Assembly: GCA_965228735.1 (NCBI GenBank)
Contig: OZ245838.1
Coordinates: 2,016,001 to 2,080,000, forward strand
Length of the DNA stretch: 64,000 nucleotides
Direction of reading: 5' to 3'
From: Planctomycetota bacterium
GTDB taxonomy: Bacteria; Planctomycetota; UBA1135; UBA2386
Part shown: positions 59,967-64,000 of the stretch, in pieces
Layout of the letters: each line of letters starts with the position of its first letter
How positions within the stretch are numbered: position 1 is the first letter of the stretch
The notes under the pieces: model-generated
What the model was told of the DNA's origin: nothing
Seen by the model: only the letters and a program-made list of their open reading frames with translations
Databases searched by the model: none
Translations under genes and position numbers: made by a program

Positions 59967-60905
59967 CTACTTGCCGCTGCCAGCGCCCTGCCGCTGGCCC
60001 GCGCCTCGCTCCGACGATCGGGCCCGTTCCTCGATGACCTCCAGTTCGCCATCGGCTCCCGCCGCCGTGATGAACTCGTCGAGACTCCAGGCCCGCTGCC
60101 GCAACGGGTGATCCTCGGGGAACAGTTCCTGCAGCTGCGGCTGAATCGTGTAGCCGAGCAGCGCCATACCGAGTCGGGTCGGGTGCAGTCGATCTTCCTG
60201 CAACAGCGCGAATCGCGGCACGGGCACCTTGCGGTCCGTCAGCTCCAGCTCGAGCTCGGCCCCGCGCATCCGACGGACGGTGTCACCGAGCCCCACGAGA
60301 TGAACGTTCGGCCGCGCAGCCACCCACGCCGCGAGGTCCGCGTTCAACGCCTTCAGCGTCGTTGGTTCCGGGATCTGCGCCTCACTCAGTCGACTCTTCC
60401 TCGCGCCGGTCATGTCCGGCAGATCGCCGAGCAGAATCTGGGCGTCGATGTCCTGCAGCAGTGCGAGTCCGGCCGCGAGCCGCCGGCGTCGCAGCTCCAG
60501 TTCGTCGCCCGGGCCGATGTAGCCGTAGGCGAACCAGAACGGGAAGTCGATCGCAACCACGACGGCCGGCCGCTTGCGCTCGAGTTGCGCGATCTGCCGC
60601 TTGCCGATCGCCATCGGTCGCGTGAACATCACCGTCATCTCAACGGTGTTGTGCGTCGAGATCCGCGCCTCCCCGTCGGCCCACCGTCGAAGCAGGCGGT
60701 GCAGCGTGATCGTGTCACCAGCGCGCCTGGCGCCGAACGCCGGCCCATCCGCGAAGCCGCCACTCACGCTCGCGCCGACGATGTGGACCTTCAGGTCCTC
60801 CGACTGCGCGACAGCGGGCCGACCGAGGACGGCGGCGGTCGCGAAGGTGAACACGACCAGGCTCGCGATCGCCGCGGCATCCATCCGTGAATTCATGGCT
60901 GTCAT
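59967..60905 (-). CDS. Secreted SGNH/GDSL-like hydrolase
   Basis: Block I IVGASVSGGF and block V QEDRLHP. Signal ...PAVA-Q. Confidence 0.7.
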   Translation of the reverse strand: MTAMNSRMDAAAIASLVVFTFATAAVLGRPAVAQSEDLKVHIVGASVSGGFADGPAFGARRAGDTITLHRLLRRWADGEARISTHNTVEMTVMFTRPMAIGKRQIAQLERKRPAVVVAIDFPFWFAYGYIGPGDELELRRRRLAAGLALLQDIDAQILLGDLPDMTGARKSRLSEAQIPEPTTLKALNADLAAWVAARPNVHLVGLGDTVRRMRGAELELELTDRKVPVPRFALLQEDRLHPTRLGMALLGYTIQPQLQELFPEDHPLRQRAWSLDEFITAAGADGELEVIEERARSSERGAGQRQGAGSGK

Positions 60906-60999
60906 CTATACCGCAGGCATCGTGATCACACCGGCCTCCGGGCGCGGGATCGCGAGCAACCCCGCGACCTACACGCACGGCTGACGTTGCCAGCCGGCC

Positions 61000-63837
61000 T
61001 CACCGCATCGCGCCGCGCACGAGGTCGTGCACGGCGCGGCGCACCGCGGTGATCTTGCGATTCTTGCGCGTCGGGTGCACCCGGTTGGTCAACAGCACGA
61101 CGCAGTAGTCGAGTTCGGGATCGCAGACGAGCGACGTCCCCGTGAACCCCGTGTGCCCGAACGCACCCGGGGAAACCTCGGTGCCGGCCCACGAGCCGGC
61201 GCGCAACATCCCGAGCCCGATCGCGCGCGAGTCGTCGCCCGGCACGATGCCGACCGGCCGCGTCGCGAGCGCCGCGACCGCGGGCGGCAGGCTCTCGCGG
61301 CCGCCGCCGAGGTAGTCGAGACCGACCGTGAGCACGTCGCGCGCCGTCGCGAACAGGCCCGCGTGCCCCGAGATGCCGCCCATCGCGAACGCGTTCTCGT
61401 CGTGGACGTAGCCCTCGACGAGCCGACCACGCCACGCGCATTCCTCGGTCGGCGCGGCGCCGGCCGACCAGCCGCCCGTCGGCACGAAGCGCGCGCGGTG
61501 GCCCGGCCGCCAGAACGACGCCTCGCGAACGTTGTCCTCGAAGGACTGCCCGCTCGCCGCCTCGACGATGGCCATGAGCAGGATGAAGCCGATGTCGGAG
61601 TACACGGTCTCGGTCCCCGGCGCGTGCCGCAACGGCGTCGCAGCCGCAGCCTCGACGATCTCGGCCTTGCCCTCGAAGTCCTTGTAGTACTGCAGGAACG
61701 GCGGCAAACCGCTGCAGTGCGCGAGCAGGTGACGCACCTGCACGTCGTCCTTGCCGTCCCCGCGGAACGCGGGCACCCACTTGCTGACCGGGTCCTCGAG
61801 CTGGAGACGGCTCGCCGCGACGAGCCGGAGAACCGCGGGCGTGGTCGCGCAGACCTTGGTCAGCGACGCGAGGTCATAGAGCGTGTCGGGGCGCACGGGG
61901 CGCGCGTCCGCACCGTAGCTCGTGCTGCCGACCGCGACCTCGGCCACGACTTCGCCGTGCCGCGCGACGAGACAGACCGCGCCGGGGAACGCGCCGTCCG
62001 CGACCGCGGCAGTGAGTCGTTCGCGCAGCGCCGCACCGAGGCCGGGATCGACGTCGTAGCCCGCGTGCTTCGCCGCCGGCGCGCGTTCGTCCCCGAGCAA
62101 CCGATAGCGCACGAGCCCGGTGCCGGCCTCCGCGACTCCGGGGATCGAGACCGGCAATCGCCCGCTCACGGGCTGCAGACCGCGCAGGACATCGACCGCC
62201 GCGCGCTGCGAATACGCGGTGTCGACGTAGGTGCAGAGATAGGTGTCGATCGCGGGCAGATCGGAGATCAGGTACGGGTTCCCGAACGACACGCCGACGA
62301 TCTGTTGGTCGTCCCGCAGCGCCGCGAGCACGGGCTGCACGCTCGGCGGCAGGGCGACACCGCCGCTGTAGGCCCGCACCTTGACGTGCAGCGACAGGAT
62401 CACGCGTTCGGCACCGGCGACCGCGGCTCGCGCCGCCTCGATCGCCTCGTTCGCACTCTTCGCCGCCACGCGATGCACGCTCGCAACGCAACAGCGCATC
62501 GCGGCCTCGAACTCGTGCTCCTCGCCGTCGTCGCGATCGAACACCATGACGAGCGCCGCCTTGCTGGCCTGCCCCTCGTCCCACGACAGCCACGGCCACT
62601 CCCCGCCGCGATCGCGCACGAGCGTCACACCGCGCGCCGCGAGGTCGCGCGCGAGCTGCTGCCCGGCCGGTGTGTTCACCCGCGCCCGCCAGTCCGCCGC
62701 CACGCGGCCACGGTCGCCAGCACTCAGCAGGCCGACCCGTTCCTTGGCCCGCAGGATCCGCAACACGGCGTCGTCGAGCCGGGCGAGCGGCACCCGGCCG
62801 CTCGCCACCGCCTCGACGACGGCCGCCCGCGCGGCGATCGGATCCGGCGGCATGAGCAGGACGTCGGCGCCGGCGAGCAGGGCGCGCACCGCGACCTCGC
62901 CGGGTGCGAACGCGTTCTTCACCCCGCCCATCTCGAGCGCATCCGTGACCACGAGACCGGTGAACCCGAGTTCGTCGCGCAGCACGTCGCCGAGGATCAA
63001 CTTGCTCAGGGTCGCTGGCAGCTTCGGGTCCTCGCCGAGGCCCGGCACCGCGAGGTGTCCCGTCATCACGGAGCCGAGGCCCGCCTTCGCCGCCGCGCCG
63101 AACGGGCGCAACTCGACGCGCCGCAGTCGGTCGCCGTCACCGGGCACCGTCGGCAGCTCGAGGTGACTGTCCGACGACACGTCGCCGTGACCCGGGAAGT
63201 GCTTGCCGCACGCGATCTGCCCCGCGCCCTGCACGCCGCGCACGAACGCCGCGCCGAGCCGCGCGACGAGCTCCGGATCCTCGCCGAAGCTGCGCACGTT
63301 GATGATCGGGTTGTCCGGGTTGCTGTTGACGTCGAGCACGGGCGCGAAGACCCAGTGGAACCCGAGTGCCGCGGCCTCTTCGCCCGTGACGCGGCCGGCC
63401 TGTTCCGTGAGCCACTCCGAGCGCCCGGCCCCCATCAGCATGTTGTTCCCGAGCTCGGTCGCGCCGTCGAGCCGGAACCAGACGCCGCCCTCGAAGTCGC
63501 CGGCCATGAGCAACGGCACCCTGGACGCCTGCTGCAGTTCGGGCACGAGCTTCGCCGCCTGTTCGACGTCGCCGAGACTCAGGATGATCCCGCCGAGCTC
63601 CGCTTCGCGGATCCACTGCAGCAGCTGCTCGTGATTCGCCCCGTCGGCCGTCGGTCGCGTGAGACTCCACGACATGAAGAGCTGCCCGGCCTTCTGCGGC
63701 AGCGTCAGTTCGGCGAGCAGTTCCTCGGCGGAACGCGAAGTGACGCCGTCGTCCTGGGCGGATGCGACGGGCAGGAGAACCGCTGCGGTGGCGAGGATCG
63801 CAACGCAGCGAGAACGGGCGGCGAGGGGAGCGTTCAC
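61000..63837 (-). CDS. GH3 beta-N-acetylglucosaminidase (NagZ-like) fused to beta-lactamase-fold serine hydrolase
   Basis: D.EGG, APVLDVN.NP.NPII.RSFG, KHFPGHG...DSH, TDALEM. C-terminal ASLTK (SxxK), LLAHCSGL, YSDIGF, VHDENA, GHTGFTG, LLTNR. Signal ...VASA-Q. Confidence 0.93.
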   Translation of the reverse strand: MNAPLAARSRCVAILATAAVLLPVASAQDDGVTSRSAEELLAELTLPQKAGQLFMSWSLTRPTADGANHEQLLQWIREAELGGIILSLGDVEQAAKLVPELQQASRVPLLMAGDFEGGVWFRLDGATELGNNMLMGAGRSEWLTEQAGRVTGEEAAALGFHWVFAPVLDVNSNPDNPIINVRSFGEDPELVARLGAAFVRGVQGAGQIACGKHFPGHGDVSSDSHLELPTVPGDGDRLRRVELRPFGAAAKAGLGSVMTGHLAVPGLGEDPKLPATLSKLILGDVLRDELGFTGLVVTDALEMGGVKNAFAPGEVAVRALLAGADVLLMPPDPIAARAAVVEAVASGRVPLARLDDAVLRILRAKERVGLLSAGDRGRVAADWRARVNTPAGQQLARDLAARGVTLVRDRGGEWPWLSWDEGQASKAALVMVFDRDDGEEHEFEAAMRCCVASVHRVAAKSANEAIEAARAAVAGAERVILSLHVKVRAYSGGVALPPSVQPVLAALRDDQQIVGVSFGNPYLISDLPAIDTYLCTYVDTAYSQRAAVDVLRGLQPVSGRLPVSIPGVAEAGTGLVRYRLLGDERAPAAKHAGYDVDPGLGAALRERLTAAVADGAFPGAVCLVARHGEVVAEVAVGSTSYGADARPVRPDTLYDLASLTKVCATTPAVLRLVAASRLQLEDPVSKWVPAFRGDGKDDVQVRHLLAHCSGLPPFLQYYKDFEGKAEIVEAAAATPLRHAPGTETVYSDIGFILLMAIVEAASGQSFEDNVREASFWRPGHRARFVPTGGWSAGAAPTEECAWRGRLVEGYVHDENAFAMGGISGHAGLFATARDVLTVGLDYLGGGRESLPPAVAALATRPVGIVPGDDSRAIGLGMLRAGSWAGTEVSPGAFGHTGFTGTSLVCDPELDYCVVLLTNRVHPTRKNRKITAVRRAVHDLVRGAMR

Positions 63838-63873
63838 GCGCCCCAGGCTACCGTGCGGTGCGCGCGGCAGCGA

Positions 63874-64000
63874 CTACGCGCCGAGCTCGTCCGTCAGGCC
63901 GTTCGCCGCGGCCTCGTCGAGCAGGACGAGCACGTCGTTGTGCTGCCGGATCGCGGACGCCGGGCACGCCGGGCCGATGTCCCCGTGCAGCATCGCGCGC
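63874..64000 (-). CDS. nagB: Glucosamine-6-phosphate deaminase, C-terminal end (partial)
   Basis: Minus strand reads ...AMLHGDIGPACPASAIRQHNDVLVLLDEAAANGL..., the NagB C-terminal G......PAS....H......LD..AA pattern. Directly upstream of the GH3 gene. Confidence 0.75.
   Translation of the reverse strand, partial: RAMLHGDIGPACPASAIRQHNDVLVLLDEAAANGLTDELGA

Noticed and set aside
61000..62100. Beta-lactamase domain as an antibiotic-resistance gene
   Set aside because: Fused to a GH3 NagZ next to nagB. An amidase/esterase role of the same fold is more parsimonious.

Overview
High-GC bacterial window, densely coding (about 47 genes), most likely from a Planctomycetota genome. That taxonomy is inferred from the ECF sigma/Ser-Thr kinase pair, DUF6807 and the many secreted beta-rich proteins. 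Housekeeping genes: asnS, class I fumarase, ribH-nusB-ftsY, prkA-yeaH-spoVR and a partial nagB. The rest are transporters, catabolic enzymes and many exported proteins. I saw no tRNA, rRNA, CRISPR array or intact mobile element. The most interesting signals cross genes. (1) Four dispersed secreted proteins with unrelated N-terminal parts share a ~125-140 aa C-terminal domain, a candidate sorting/anchoring signal for an undescribed export route. (2) All eight intact non-lipoprotein signal peptides I could identify are followed by Gln (a Bacteroidetes-like 'Q-rule'), and the window holds a tandem pair of glutaminyl-cyclase-like M28 lipoproteins. (3) A three-gene operon couples an Ig-repeat zinc-metalloprotease lipoprotein to a protein resembling RNAP alpha-CTD + sigma region 4 + winged helices. 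Smaller signals: a radical SAM/SPASM-Asp-box fusion, an Rpn-nuclease remnant, a perfect 23-bp inverted repeat, three independent 4x15-bp minisatellites, and a motif shared upstream of the ECF sigma and a neighbouring secreted gene. All calls come from reading motifs by eye. No database searches were run, and several start codons are best guesses.
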